Origin: an uncultured Candidatus Saccharibacteria bacterium
GTDB taxonomy: Bacteria; Patescibacteriota; Saccharimonadia; Saccharimonadales; UBA4665
Direction: 5' to 3'
Length of the DNA stretch: 64,000 bases
Assembly: GCA_964497565.1 (NCBI GenBank)
Contig: CAZCCP010000006.1
Location: forward strand, 1,449 to 65,448
Shown here one piece after another: positions 8,368 through 17,875 of this stretch; position 1 is the first letter of the stretch, and the number at the start of each line of letters is the position of its first letter. A program made the translations under genes and the position numbers. A model generated the notes under the pieces. It ran no database searches. It was given only the letters and a program-made list of their open reading frames with translations, and had not been told where the DNA came from.

Positions 8368-9654
8368 TTAGCGATCTTGAAGCGCCTCAACTCCTGGAAG
8401 CTTACGACCAGCCATTAGTTCTAAGCTAGCACCACCACCAGTTGAAACGTGGTCGAATGCGCCTACAAGGTTACGCTGTTCGATATATCCAACCGTATCG
8501 CCGCCACCAACCAAACTATATGGACGGTGGCCATAATCACCAACAATTGCGTCAATAATGAGTTCCGTACCGCGTGCAAACGGGCCGACTGGCCCCTGTA
8601 AACTCGGCGTCTCTGTCACACCCATAGTACCGTTCCAAACGACGGTATTTGCTAGCTGGATGCCACCAGCGATAAAGGCACCGCTAAATGGACCGATGTC
8701 CAAGATCATTTCGTCATCAGCAATAACGCGGCTCGACTCGGGTGCTTGCTTGGGGTAGTTCTCAACTTCCGCAATCATGTGTGCATCCCAATCGACGATT
8801 CGGGTAGTAGCGTTCTTGTCGAGAGCCGTAGCTATGACGCCATCCTGAGGGATGTAGAAGATAAAGCGCTCTTTTTTGGCCTTTTCACGAGCTTTTGCCA
8901 GGATATCTTTGGCGATTGGCACGTCATTTTCTTCGTATTTGCTTTTGGCGATATCAATACCCTCAGCTGCCAAGAACGTGTTAGCCATAGCGCCGCCAAT
9001 GGCGATAAAGTCAGCAATGTCGATAAAGCGATTCAGGACATCAATCTTATCAGAGATCTTGGCGCCGCCCACAATAGCCATGAGCGGTCGCTCAGGAGTG
9101 TCCATAACACGAGTAATAACATCAACTTCACGTGCCAGCAGCAGTCCCGCCACACTCTCAGGGGCCTGGTGGGTAATAGCCTCTGTGCTCGCGTGAGCAC
9201 GGTGCACAACACCAAAACCATCCTGCACAAACACATCACAATACTGAGCAAGCTGAGCTGCAAAATTGGGATCATTCTTTTCTTCTTCTGGGTGGAAGCG
9301 CAGGTTTTCCAACAGCAAAATCTGACCAGGCTGCAAGCCATCAGCCATCTTCTTGGTTGCTTCACCGATGCAATCAGGCGCCATTTGAACATCGACGCCC
9401 AGCAACTCGCTGAGGCGCTTCGCGACAGGTGCCAAGCTGAGTGCTGCATCTGGCCTACCGTCTGGACGACCAAGATGCGAACATATCACGAGTCGAACGT
9501 TCTTTGCAATCAAGGCCTTTACGGTCTCTAGGGATTGTTTGATGCGGTAGTCATCCGTAATAACGCCGTTCTCGACAGGCACGTTATAGTCTGCGCGCAA
9601 CAGAACCCGCTTGTCCTGCAGCTCGACGTCATTAATTGTCTTTTTTGTAAACAT
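8368..9654 (-). CDS. pgk: Phosphoglycerate kinase
   Basis: RADYNVP, SHLGRP, the GGAKISDKI hinge region and STGGGASLE. Confidence 0.93.
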   Translation of the reverse strand: MFTKKTINDVELQDKRVLLRADYNVPVENGVITDDYRIKQSLETVKALIAKNVRLVICSHLGRPDGRPDAALSLAPVAKRLSELLGVDVQMAPDCIGEATKKMADGLQPGQILLLENLRFHPEEEKNDPNFAAQLAQYCDVFVQDGFGVVHRAHASTEAITHQAPESVAGLLLAREVDVITRVMDTPERPLMAIVGGAKISDKIDVLNRFIDIADFIAIGGAMANTFLAAEGIDIAKSKYEENDVPIAKDILAKAREKAKKERFIFYIPQDGVIATALDKNATTRIVDWDAHMIAEVENYPKQAPESSRVIADDEMILDIGPFSGAFIAGGIQLANTVVWNGTMGVTETPSLQGPVGPFARGTELIIDAIVGDYGHRPYSLVGGGDTVGYIEQRNLVGAFDHVSTGGGASLELMAGRKLPGVEALQDR

Positions 9655-9771
9655 GGCAAACCTCTTATGCTTCTGTCTCGATTATAGATCAGACGAGCTT
9701 ACATCACTAGCGACTTTCCAAAATAAAAACACCCTCGACATAGTGAGGGTGTTTTTAGCAAAAGACGGCTC

Positions 9772-11217
9772 TTATTCGAGAACGCGAACTTTGATGGTAT
9801 CGGTACCGCCGATGAGACCTGGTTGGTGGCCAGAAACGATAACAACACGGTCGCCACTTTCGAAAACGTGCTGTTCCTTAAGCCATTCAGCCAAGTTTGC
9901 ACCAACGTTTTCTACGTCATCGCGCAAGAATGACTTGCTTGCGTACATCAATGCCATCTGGGTAGCAACACGTGGCGTTGAGGTAACAACCACGATTGGC
10001 ATGTTAGGGCGACGAGCAGCGATGCTCAGTGCAGTTGGACCAGACTTGGTCTGTGCAATAATTGCTGCGGCCTTAATCTGCTTAGCAAGCGCCAATGCAC
10101 CAGAGGTGATTGATTCCTGCAAGTTGTCAGTGTTTTCTTCTGCAGTGTAGATTGGGTTAAGCGCAGCGTTGTTCTGAGTGTAGAGAATGATGCGCTTCAT
10201 AGTTGCCACTGCTTCAACAGGATATTTACCGTTGGCAGATTCTTCAGAAAGCATCACGCAGTCAGCGCCCGTAATAACGGCATTCGCGACATCTGAAACT
10301 TCAGCACGAGTTGGATCTGGGTTATCAGTCATGCTCAAGAGCATCTGAGTAGCAACAATACTGATCTTGCCATATTTCTGGCAGAGGCCGAGAATATTGC
10401 GTTGTACAACTGGCACAGCCTCAGGGCTTACTTCGACTGCGAGGTCACCACGAGCAACCATTACACCGTCAGAGACCTTAACAATTGCCTCGAGAGCTGC
10501 ATCTTCGATAGCAGCCTGAGTTTCAATCTTGGCGATAATTTTGGCATCAGAGCCCTTTTCGACCAAGAGCTTGCGCAAGTTGATGATATCGTCAGCTGAT
10601 TGTACGAAGCTCAATGCAACGTAGTCGATGTCTTGTGTTACACCGTAGTCGATATCACGAAGGTCTTTTTCGGTAAGAATGTCGCCACCAAAGTTGGTGT
10701 CAGGAAGGTTCATGCCCTTGCGCTTCAGCAAAAAGCCATCGTTGTCGATCTGCACGGTCAAAACACCTTCTGCAGAAATATCACCAACAATACCGCGCAA
10801 ACGGCCGTCAAAGAGGTAGAGGCGTTCGCCAACTTTCATCTTTTGGCTCAGGTCGTACTGAATAGGAATAATACCGGTAGCTGCGTAATCGCTGCCGTAT
10901 TTGAACTGCAATGCGTCGCCAGCCTTAACGTCAATTTGACCATCGAAGTCACCGAGGCGAATCTTTGGTCCCTGCAAGTCTTGGAGAACTGTTACAGGCT
11001 TACCATATTCAGCACTTGCCTGGCGAACCCACTCGATACGCTGGCCGTGCTCGGCGTGGTCACCGTGGCTAAAGTTAAGACGAAAACCGTTGGCACCGTT
11101 TTTCATCATGTTCAAAATGTGGTCGTAGCTATCACTAGCTGGACCAACGGTAGCAAGGATCTTCGTGCGCTTGAAAACACGTGAAGAAACGTTAGGGGCT
11201 TTATCTGTGTATGTCAT
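9772..11217 (-). CDS. pyk: Pyruvate kinase
   Basis: KILATVGPAS, NFSHG, MVARGDLAVE and the C-terminal regulatory domain. 481 aa. Confidence 0.93.
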   Translation of the reverse strand: MTYTDKAPNVSSRVFKRTKILATVGPASDSYDHILNMMKNGANGFRLNFSHGDHAEHGQRIEWVRQASAEYGKPVTVLQDLQGPKIRLGDFDGQIDVKAGDALQFKYGSDYAATGIIPIQYDLSQKMKVGERLYLFDGRLRGIVGDISAEGVLTVQIDNDGFLLKRKGMNLPDTNFGGDILTEKDLRDIDYGVTQDIDYVALSFVQSADDIINLRKLLVEKGSDAKIIAKIETQAAIEDAALEAIVKVSDGVMVARGDLAVEVSPEAVPVVQRNILGLCQKYGKISIVATQMLLSMTDNPDPTRAEVSDVANAVITGADCVMLSEESANGKYPVEAVATMKRIILYTQNNAALNPIYTAEENTDNLQESITSGALALAKQIKAAAIIAQTKSGPTALSIAARRPNMPIVVVTSTPRVATQMALMYASKSFLRDDVENVGANLAEWLKEQHVFESGDRVVIVSGHQPGLIGGTDTIKVRVLE

Positions 11218-11440
11218 TTTTATTCTCCAAGAATAGATTTGCTTTTGTTGGATATTATTATGCGCCTGGCATACACATAATGCAAACAGGCGCCTAAAAA
11301 TCGGGGTTGAGGTTGCGGGGGTGTGTTTTGTAAAAATGGCGTTATGCCAAACACACCCTCGCGGGCAGAAATCTCGTTGATGAATCGCCTCAGGCGAGTC
11401 AGCTACGCGATAGTTCTACCACCCCTGTACTTCTTGAGCG

Positions 11441-11788
11441 TCAGCCCTTGCGACGCAGCTTGCGCGCGACGAGGACCACGACGATGACGCCGGCGGCGAC
11501 CAGGCCCTTGTTGCGGTGCTTGCGCACCTTGGTGACGGCCAGCTGGCGCTGCTCGGGGTCCTTGGCGGTGTTGACGACGGCGGTGCCGGCGGTCTTGACC
11601 TTGGAACCCGCGCTGCGGACGGTGTCGCTGGTGGCGACCTTCTTGACCGCGGCGACAGTCGTGTCCTTGGCGGACGCGGCGTAGAGGCCGGCGGTAGAAG
11701 CGGCGGTCTTGACCTTGTCGAGCTTGCTCACGTCGGAAACCTCCGTGGTGTCGGTGCCCTCGGCGCCGTTGAGGATGTTGGCGGTCAT
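11441..11788 (-). CDS. High-GC small tail-anchored protein, Ala/Thr/Lys-rich, unknown function
   Basis: ORF track, 115 aa. RBS AAAGGTAGGTAGG upstream. GC-rich third positions. C-terminal TM (LVAAGVIVVVLVA) followed by RKLRRKG. Confidence 0.7.
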   Translation of the reverse strand: MTANILNGAEGTDTTEVSDVSKLDKVKTAASTAGLYAASAKDTTVAAVKKVATSDTVRSAGSKVKTAGTAVVNTAKDPEQRQLAVTKVRKHRNKGLVAAGVIVVVLVARKLRRKG

Positions 11789-12040
11789 GGTGACCTACCT
11801 ACCTTTACATCGAAGTTACAGGAGCTGAGCATGTTCGCTCGATATTCTCAAACGAAAAATCCACCTAAAAGGTGCATACTCAACGATGTATTAAATACTA
11901 TATGAGCTTAAAAATCAAATACATTAGCCAAAATGTAAAACCAAAAGTCCGCGTTAGGTATCTCGGGGAGAGATAACTATCTCTCTACTTAATACGTACG
12001 CGGACTATTCTGGGCAGTCAGCCGGTGTTTCCGGAGGCTA

Positions 12041-12313
12041 TTACGCGGGGCTCATGCCTGGGTTCATACCCGCTTCAGGCCACACATAGGTGATGAGCTG
12101 CTTGCCTTTGGTGCTGAGCCTAATAAGAGAAGACTGGTACCTCGAGCGGCTAAAATAGATCAGCCCTTTGTGATGAAGCGCTTGGATAATATGCGCGAGC
12201 CGTTTCCGATCAAGGCGAAGATATTCAGAAAGTGTGTCCATGTCTTCCTCGCCGTTTTCGTTGACTTGTTGAAGCACTAGCGCGTAGTCTTCTGGTAATT
12301 CGATTGCATGCAT
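12041..12313 (-). CDS. Small winged-helix-like protein, hypothetical
   Basis: ORF track 12041..12334. The internal ATG at 12313 (MHAIELPED) has the RBS AGGGGGA about 8 nt upstream, while the first ATG has none. Confidence 0.6.
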   Translation of the reverse strand: MHAIELPEDYALVLQQVNENGEEDMDTLSEYLRLDRKRLAHIIQALHHKGLIYFSRSRYQSSLIRLSTKGKQLITYVWPEAGMNPGMSPA

Positions 12314-12393
12314 TGTGTTGTTCCCCCTTTGCATTAGGTAACACTACAAGTGTCTCGCCTTATGCTTATAAATTGCTGGGGAAATGCAGAGAT

Positions 12394-12906
12394 CTATTGC
12401 TTGTCAGGGAGAGATTCGACAGCAGCGTGAAACATAGCATTAGTTTTGCGCATAAAGCCGACGATAATCGCCAGTTCTTCGTCATTATATGAGTCAATAA
12501 GTTCGTTGAAAGATTGTTGCAGTGGATCGTACAGTTTGGTAACTTTTTTGCGTGCCTCTACATTATCGATACCACGCACCAAAACACGGCGACGGTCGTT
12601 GGGGTCGGCGTCACGCTGGACGAAACCACGTCGTTCGAGTCGGTCGATCATACCTGTCATGCCACCAGTAGTAATATGGCAGCGCTTAGCTAGCTCGCCT
12701 GCGGTAAACGGACCGTAATCCTGTATGAGGCTCGCGCATTCGAACTCGGCGGCGCTGAGGCCAACATGCTGTGCGATCGCGTGCACCATCAAGACATTGG
12801 TGTTGCCGTTATCCTGTACGGCTTTGTCGAGCTCAGAGATCATCGCCTCACGTTCGGGGCTATCGGATCGTGCTGTATCTAGTATCTTATGTTTTCTTGT
12901 TGACAT
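12394..12906 (-). CDS. MarR-family transcriptional regulator
   Basis: LSAAEFECASLI...TAGELAKRCHITTGGMTGMIDRLERRGFVQRDADPNDRRRVLV is a typical MarR wHTH. It is divergent from an MFS gene. Confidence 0.85.
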   Translation of the reverse strand: MSTRKHKILDTARSDSPEREAMISELDKAVQDNGNTNVLMVHAIAQHVGLSAAEFECASLIQDYGPFTAGELAKRCHITTGGMTGMIDRLERRGFVQRDADPNDRRRVLVRGIDNVEARKKVTKLYDPLQQSFNELIDSYNDEELAIIVGFMRKTNAMFHAAVESLPDKQ

Positions 12907-12923
12907 ATCTTCAGCAAACCTTT

Positions 12924-12940
12924 ATCTTAGTATCTAAGAT
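12924..12940. promoter_or_regulatory. Perfect palindrome in the marR/MFS divergent intergenic region (candidate MarR operator)
   Basis: ATCTTAG-TAT-CTAAGAT. Confidence 0.45.
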
Positions 12941-12998
12941 ATTAAGTAACCTTAATTCTTGTATAGTTAGATAATAACCTAAAACAAAGGACAAATCA

Positions 12999-14690
12999 AT
13001 GGAACACGCCGCCGCGCATAACGCGAGCAAGTTCACTGATAAGCAAAAGAAAATTGCTTTGCTTATTGTGGCCTTCGCATTCGTTATGGACCTGCTCGAC
13101 TCAACTATTGTCAACGTCGCCATTCCTTCTATCCAGGCTAACCTGGGTGCAAGTTACGCCACAATTCAGTGGCTGGTGGCCGGCTACTCACTTACCTTTG
13201 CCCTCCTCCTTATTACTGGTGGACGCATGGGTGACGTGTTTGGCTACAAGAAGATCTTCCTCCTCGGTGTGGGTGGATTTACGATCGCTTCATTATTAAC
13301 AGGTATCGCACCGAACCCAGCATTCCTGGTTGTCGCCCGTCTTGTTCAAGGTGGTATGGCCGCCCTCATGGTGCCGCAGGTGATGTCGCTAATGCAAGTG
13401 ATGTTCAAACCGAGCGAACGCGCAGGCGTCATGGGCATGTTTGGTATGCTTGGTGGTTTGGCCGCCTCACTTGGACCTATCGTTGGTGGTTTGCTTATTA
13501 AGGCAAACATCTTCGGCTGGGACTGGCGCCCAATCTTCCTGATTAACCTTCCCGTTGGTATTTTCGCCCTCATCGCAGGTATGAAATTCCTTCCGGACGG
13601 CAAATCAGAACACCCATTACACATCGACATCAAGGGTACTTTCCTTGTTGTCATCGGATTGAGCTTGCTCGTATTCCCACTTATTGAAGGTCGTGACCTC
13701 GACTGGCCACTCTGGACAATTGCTATGCTGGCTGCATCAATTCCAGCGTTGATGTTCTTCGGTTGGTACGAGACACGCAAGCACAAACGAGACGCTTCGG
13801 CGCTTATCGTGCCGTCACTCTTCAAGATTCGTTCATTCGTCAGTGGTCTATCTCTGAACATTTTGATCGAATCTGTAATGATCGGCTACTTCCTAACCTT
13901 CCAGCTTGCAATGCAGGCAGGCCTTGGCTACAGCCCAATTAAATCTGCGCTTACTGGTGTTCCAACCGCTTTCGGTATGACCATTGGTTTTGCAGTACTT
14001 GGCAACAAGCTTATCCCTAAGTTTGGTCGCTACGTCATTAGCTTTGGTTCAACTGCTTTCGCAGCTGGCCTGGTATACGCAAGTTGGATTCTCAGCCACT
14101 ATGGTTTGGCTGCACATCCATGGCAGTTCATTCCTGGCCTGTTTATCGTTGGCGTTGGTTTGTCACTTGTTATGGCTCCAATCTTCTCAGCTGCACTCCA
14201 AGACGTTGACCCAGGTCACGCCGGCTCAGCATCTGGCATTTTGAATGCCGTACAGCAAGTTGGTGCCGCTATCGGTATCGCCGTTATCGGTGTCATCTTC
14301 TTCGGTCAATTGAATCATGGCGCATACAAGAGCTTTGACGATGTGTCTCCTAAGCTTCGCAAGGATCTCACTGCATTGCACGTTCCCGCACAAGCTCAGA
14401 GCAGTATCATTGCTCAAACTCGTGAATGTTTCCACGACCGCAGTACTGCGGATGATCAAAACATTGTGCCAGAAAGCTGCAAGCAAGCCCAAGCAGCTGC
14501 GCCAACCACTGAAGCCGGCAAGGCTGCCGGTGAAGCAATTTCAGCAAGCGCCAAAAGCGCAAATGCTGCAAACTTTGCACACGGCTTCCGTTCTAGTGTC
14601 ATCTACGTCATCTTGCTACTCGTTGTAGCATGTGGCCTCAGCATGACACTCCCCAAGAAGTTCCGCGTTGTCGAAGAAGGCGCTGTCTAA
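12999..14690 (+). CDS. MFS drug:H+ antiporter, DHA2/EmrB-QacA type (about 14 TMS)
   Basis: 563 aa. LDSTIVNVAIPSI and GGRMGDVFGYKK motifs, with many TM segments. Confidence 0.9.
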   Translation: MEHAAAHNASKFTDKQKKIALLIVAFAFVMDLLDSTIVNVAIPSIQANLGASYATIQWLVAGYSLTFALLLITGGRMGDVFGYKKIFLLGVGGFTIASLLTGIAPNPAFLVVARLVQGGMAALMVPQVMSLMQVMFKPSERAGVMGMFGMLGGLAASLGPIVGGLLIKANIFGWDWRPIFLINLPVGIFALIAGMKFLPDGKSEHPLHIDIKGTFLVVIGLSLLVFPLIEGRDLDWPLWTIAMLAASIPALMFFGWYETRKHKRDASALIVPSLFKIRSFVSGLSLNILIESVMIGYFLTFQLAMQAGLGYSPIKSALTGVPTAFGMTIGFAVLGNKLIPKFGRYVISFGSTAFAAGLVYASWILSHYGLAAHPWQFIPGLFIVGVGLSLVMAPIFSAALQDVDPGHAGSASGILNAVQQVGAAIGIAVIGVIFFGQLNHGAYKSFDDVSPKLRKDLTALHVPAQAQSSIIAQTRECFHDRSTADDQNIVPESCKQAQAAAPTTEAGKAAGEAISASAKSANAANFAHGFRSSVIYVILLLVVACGLSMTLPKKFRVVEEGAV

Positions 14691-14715
14691 GCCCCGAACT
14701 CGTAACAACAAAAGA

Positions 14716-14749
14716 AGAGCACGTTCCCTACTGTGGACGTGCTCTTTTA
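14716..14749 (+). terminator. Intrinsic terminator after the MFS gene
   Basis: AGAGCACGT, loop, ACGTGCTCT, followed by TTTAT. Confidence 0.7.
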
Positions 14750-14866
14750 TATGAACGTATCTGTTGACTCGGCCAATCTAGACATACGGCTTATATATTG
14801 TATACTTATACAGTTCACCTCTAGAGGGTATCTACACTACGCGAAAACCGAAAGGCATCGCCACCA

Positions 14867-15208
14867 ATGGCATATCGTACGTTTGACGTCGACTATCCCA
14901 ATGGCGACATGGACTGCACTGTCCGCGTCCGCACACACGATGCAGATGACGTCAGATTTCTCAGCCTGAACGGTACGGCTATCGACTTCCCTGTCGAGCT
15001 CGAAGATGGTTGGAAAATCATCATCTTCGTTCAGGCCGCACCCCATAGCAGGGCAGCCGAAAGCACAGACCTCCCGTACATCACGGGCGTCACCGAGCTC
15101 GCACCCAAGGAGGAAGATACGCCCAGCGGCGTAGCCGTACGGCATATGCAGCGCATCCGCGCTGTCACGCGAGTTATGCCGATCTATCCGGAAGACAGTT
15201 CCGGCTGA
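14867..15208 (+). CDS. Elevated-GC hypothetical protein (113 aa)
   Basis: In the + frame most third positions are G/C with GAC/GTC/CGC/ATC codons. The overlapping minus ORF 14837..15280 has its third positions on + first positions, which marks it as a shadow. The gene is bracketed by GTTCACCTC (14813-14821) and GAGGTGAAC (15207-15215), like the other cassettes. Confidence 0.55.
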   Translation: MAYRTFDVDYPNGDMDCTVRVRTHDADDVRFLSLNGTAIDFPVELEDGWKIIIFVQAAPHSRAAESTDLPYITGVTELAPKEEDTPSGVAVRHMQRIRAVTRVMPIYPEDSSG

Positions 15209-15282
15209 GGTGAACATAGGGTCGCAGGTGTGATAGCCGAAGCGTTCTGCTTCAATTATCGCGCCTGCACCCTCCACCAAAA

Positions 15283-15678
15283 CTACTTGTCTTTTACTTC
15301 AATAAATCTGCTTGGATCTGTGCGGTAGTATTCCGCCCACTTACTGCCTTCATCAGGGCTTACCGTTTCAACAAAGAGAGCTTTCTTAAAACCGCCGGCC
15401 TTTGCTTCGCGGTTTTTTTGTACGTCTGCGACTTCTTGCGAGGTAATTTCCAGAGAGGCCTTGAGGTCGTCGAGCACCTGCTGGACATCAGCAATTTCTT
15501 TGACCGCTTCCTGTCTGTTGTCTGCTGGAATTTCTTTGGCTTCTTCAATAATTTTTGCTATGAGCGCTGTCACGTGTTGCTCCGGGTCGAGTGTGTGATA
15601 AACAGGCCGCTGACCGGACTGCAGCTGGTCATCAACGATCTTGTCGCGAACGAGCTTGTTGAGAATAAATGTAGGCAT
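15283..15678 (-). CDS. MazG/HisE-like all-alpha nucleoside triphosphate pyrophosphohydrolase
   Basis: N-terminal NKLVRDKIVD and acidic helices (EEAKE...EIADV). 131 aa. Family assignment is from memory of the LVRDKI signature. Confidence 0.7.
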   Translation of the reverse strand: MPTFILNKLVRDKIVDDQLQSGQRPVYHTLDPEQHVTALIAKIIEEAKEIPADNRQEAVKEIADVQQVLDDLKASLEITSQEVADVQKNREAKAGGFKKALFVETVSPDEGSKWAEYYRTDPSRFIEVKDK

Positions 15679-15856
15679 AAGCCCATCCTAGCAGGTGTTC
15701 GTTGTTAGAGCTATTGTAAAACTGACAAGACATTGCCCGTTAAATGCTTGTGAATCGTGCAGCATATACCCTCCTGTTATGGAGTTGGCTATACGCCTGA
15801 CGTCAAAAGGATTAGCGGGGTGCCCTTGAAAGCAGGACACCCCTAGGGTGCGACCG

Positions 15857-17062
15857 TTACCGAACGTATTTCATAAATGTCCGGTATGCGGGTAGCGCGC
15901 AGCTAAGACCGAACACGGCTATCGCGATATAGGCCGCGCCCACTGAGACATGATCGATGAGTGCCCCTACGAGCGGGCCAATCACTGCATACAGCAGCGA
16001 TATGATGCTCGTCATCACCGACAGCTCAGTTGTTCGTGAACTGGGGTCATGGGGTAGTACTTCGTGCAGATAGCTTCTAATGATCACCCCGAGTAGGTTG
16101 ATTGCGTACACGGAAACCAGCATGTATACCAGGACCGGCAACAGGCTCGTCGTCACGCCAGCGCAAAGCGCCAAGCTGGTGATGGCAATGATCGACCACA
16201 GCCAGATGCGCTCGTCATGTTGCTTCTTTTCGCCACGAACCTTGCGGTTTAGCAGCGTCAGGGAGGCGACGATCGCATACTGACAGAAGTAAATCACTCC
16301 GAAATACTTCGGCTCCACGCCAGCGACCTTCAGCCGCGGCTGAAAGATCCAGAACGCCACGAATGTGCAGCAGGAGACCGAAGCGTACAGCAGAATCGCG
16401 TAACGAACTGCCGGGCGATCTCGAAGCATCAGCTTGACGATATCCCGCAAGCTACGGCGTGTTGTGTGTATCTGTATCTGGTGTGTTGGCTTACGAAGCC
16501 CAAACCCCAGGCAGAGACAAACCAGCCATATGAAAGGCTGCACCATGAATGGCACACTAATGCCGCCCAAGTATACCGCCATGCCACCGCCCAGTGTTCC
16601 GACGCAAATCCCCCAGCTTCGGGCTCGACTTGCGGCGGATTCGTAGGCCTCGTATCGAGCGGCTCGCTCCTCGCCATCCTTGATGTATGCCACGCTCGCA
16701 GTTATGAGCGAGCTGCTCGAGTTTGACTGTGCCGAAACATACAACCCGGTTCCAATCAGCGCGAGCTGAAACTGCCAGAAGGTCGTACACAGCATAAAGC
16801 CGCTGCCCTGGGCGAGCTGCAGGAGATTGCCTGTAAAGATGACTCGCCGTACGCCGAACTTGTCGGCGAGGTAGCCGAAAGGCATGTCGCTCAGAACGAA
16901 CACGACGTTCAACGTTGTCTGTAGCCAGAAAATCTGGGTCTGCGTTAGGCCATGAGCATCCGTGTAGTAGGTGTTCATTACCGACGAGCCGAGAAAGATC
17001 TGGCGCACGAAGTCTAGTGCTACGCAAACGCGTGTGTTTCGGCGCTCAATTTCCTCGTCCAT
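15857..17062 (-). CDS. MFS transporter (12 TMS type), intermediate-to-high GC
   Basis: 401 aa with many TM segments and a GYLADKFGVRR-type loop motif. Several shadow ORFs around it indicate raised GC. Confidence 0.8.
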   Translation of the reverse strand: MDEEIERRNTRVCVALDFVRQIFLGSSVMNTYYTDAHGLTQTQIFWLQTTLNVVFVLSDMPFGYLADKFGVRRVIFTGNLLQLAQGSGFMLCTTFWQFQLALIGTGLYVSAQSNSSSSLITASVAYIKDGEERAARYEAYESAASRARSWGICVGTLGGGMAVYLGGISVPFMVQPFIWLVCLCLGFGLRKPTHQIQIHTTRRSLRDIVKLMLRDRPAVRYAILLYASVSCCTFVAFWIFQPRLKVAGVEPKYFGVIYFCQYAIVASLTLLNRKVRGEKKQHDERIWLWSIIAITSLALCAGVTTSLLPVLVYMLVSVYAINLLGVIIRSYLHEVLPHDPSSRTTELSVMTSIISLLYAVIGPLVGALIDHVSVGAAYIAIAVFGLSCALPAYRTFMKYVR

Positions 17063-17156
17063 CAGGTATGGACAACCTCTCTGTGAAAGTGCAAAGTCTT
17101 AGCCCTCTAGTTATACCACAGAGGTCTGCGCAGACGATGCTTGGTGCAAAATAGAA

Positions 17157-17209
17157 CAAAATGAAAAGCACCTACAGGTATTGACCGGTCGGGTCGACAC
17201 CTGTAGGTG
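17157..17209 (-). terminator. Terminator hairpin downstream of the CHAP gene
   Basis: CACCTACAGGT (17169-17179) pairs with ACCTGTAGGTG (17199-17209), with a 19-nt loop. On the minus strand it is followed by GCTTTTCATTTT. Confidence 0.6.
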
Positions 17210-17244
17210 TAATGCTTTTCAGAGCTCGGTGTCGAGCAGGGCCG

Positions 17245-17757
17245 TTACTTCTTGTAGATGAAGAAGTCCGGCTTGGGCGACTTCGACGCGTGCGGACCGA
17301 TGCCAGTGGCACCGATGTCCCGGAACGAAGGTCCCACTGTGTTCCAGCGGACCTCCCTCACTCGGAACGTGGCAGCACCAGCCCTGTAGCTGTAGACGTA
17401 CGCGAAGTGCGTACGGTGCGAAGTCCACACTGCCAGCGCGCCGGCCTTCGGCTTCGTACCGACCTTGTAGCCCCTGTTGAGGGCAGTCGACTTGAAGTTT
17501 TGGGTCCGCACATGGTCGAATTTGGTCCCAGTCCAGTGCTCCCACGCCCAGACGGCGTAGTCAGCGCACCAGCCCTTCGTGAGGGCTGCAGGGCTGTTGC
17601 CGCTGCTGTAGCCCGCGAAGGGATAGGACTTCGTGCTGTAGAACTGAGCGAGGGTCATGCTCTTGGCCTCGGCCAAGGGCGCAACCACGACGCCAGCCGT
17701 CAGCGTGAACACCAGTGCGGTGCCACCGACAGCCAGGCGTTGTTTTACTCGATTCAC
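17245..17757 (-). CDS. Secreted CHAP-domain (NlpC/P60-superfamily) peptidoglycan hydrolase, high GC
   Basis: Cys motif GWCADYAVWAW, His motif HRTHFAYVY and downstream REVRWN. Signal peptide ...VVVAPLAEA/KS. I place the start at the GTG at 17757, preceded by GGAGAA. The ORF track extends to 17823. Confidence 0.8.
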   Translation of the reverse strand: MNRVKQRLAVGGTALVFTLTAGVVVAPLAEAKSMTLAQFYSTKSYPFAGYSSGNSPAALTKGWCADYAVWAWEHWTGTKFDHVRTQNFKSTALNRGYKVGTKPKAGALAVWTSHRTHFAYVYSYRAGAATFRVREVRWNTVGPSFRDIGATGIGPHASKSPKPDFFIYKK

Positions 17758-17831
17758 GAGTTCTCCAGAGGTTCGCGACAATGTCGCACCGAAAACTGTT
17801 TGCCACTGATGTGGCGAAAGCACAGTTGTAC

Positions 17832-17859
17832 ATTATACACCTATTATGTGTATGTCCAA
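17832..17859 (-). promoter_or_regulatory. Promoter of the CHAP gene
   Basis: On the minus strand: TTGGAC, 16 nt, then TGTATAAT. Confidence 0.5.
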
Positions 17860-17875
17860 GGAGCTATCATAAAAT

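Noticed and set aside
8178-8429. An 83-aa plus-strand ORF (acidic N-terminus, Cys-rich C-terminus) in the 290-bp gap between pgk and tpiA.
   Set aside because: It has no RBS or clear promoter and overlaps the pgk 3' end by 62 nt. This is unresolved rather than disproved. The gap itself is longer than I would expect for a pgk-tpiA junction.
8746-9531. A 261-aa plus-strand ORF inside pgk, and similar antisense ORFs in pyk, the beta-helix gene (46469..47323) and ligD (56692..57567).
   Set aside because: They are antisense to genes with unambiguous family motifs, and the products look like junk.
14837-15280. A minus-strand 147-aa ORF overlapping the 14867..15208 plus-strand ORF.
   Set aside because: Its third codon positions coincide with the first positions of the plus frame, while the plus frame carries the G/C-rich third positions. 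The product is Cys/His/Asp-rich and odd, with a TTG start and no RBS. The call remains only moderately certain.
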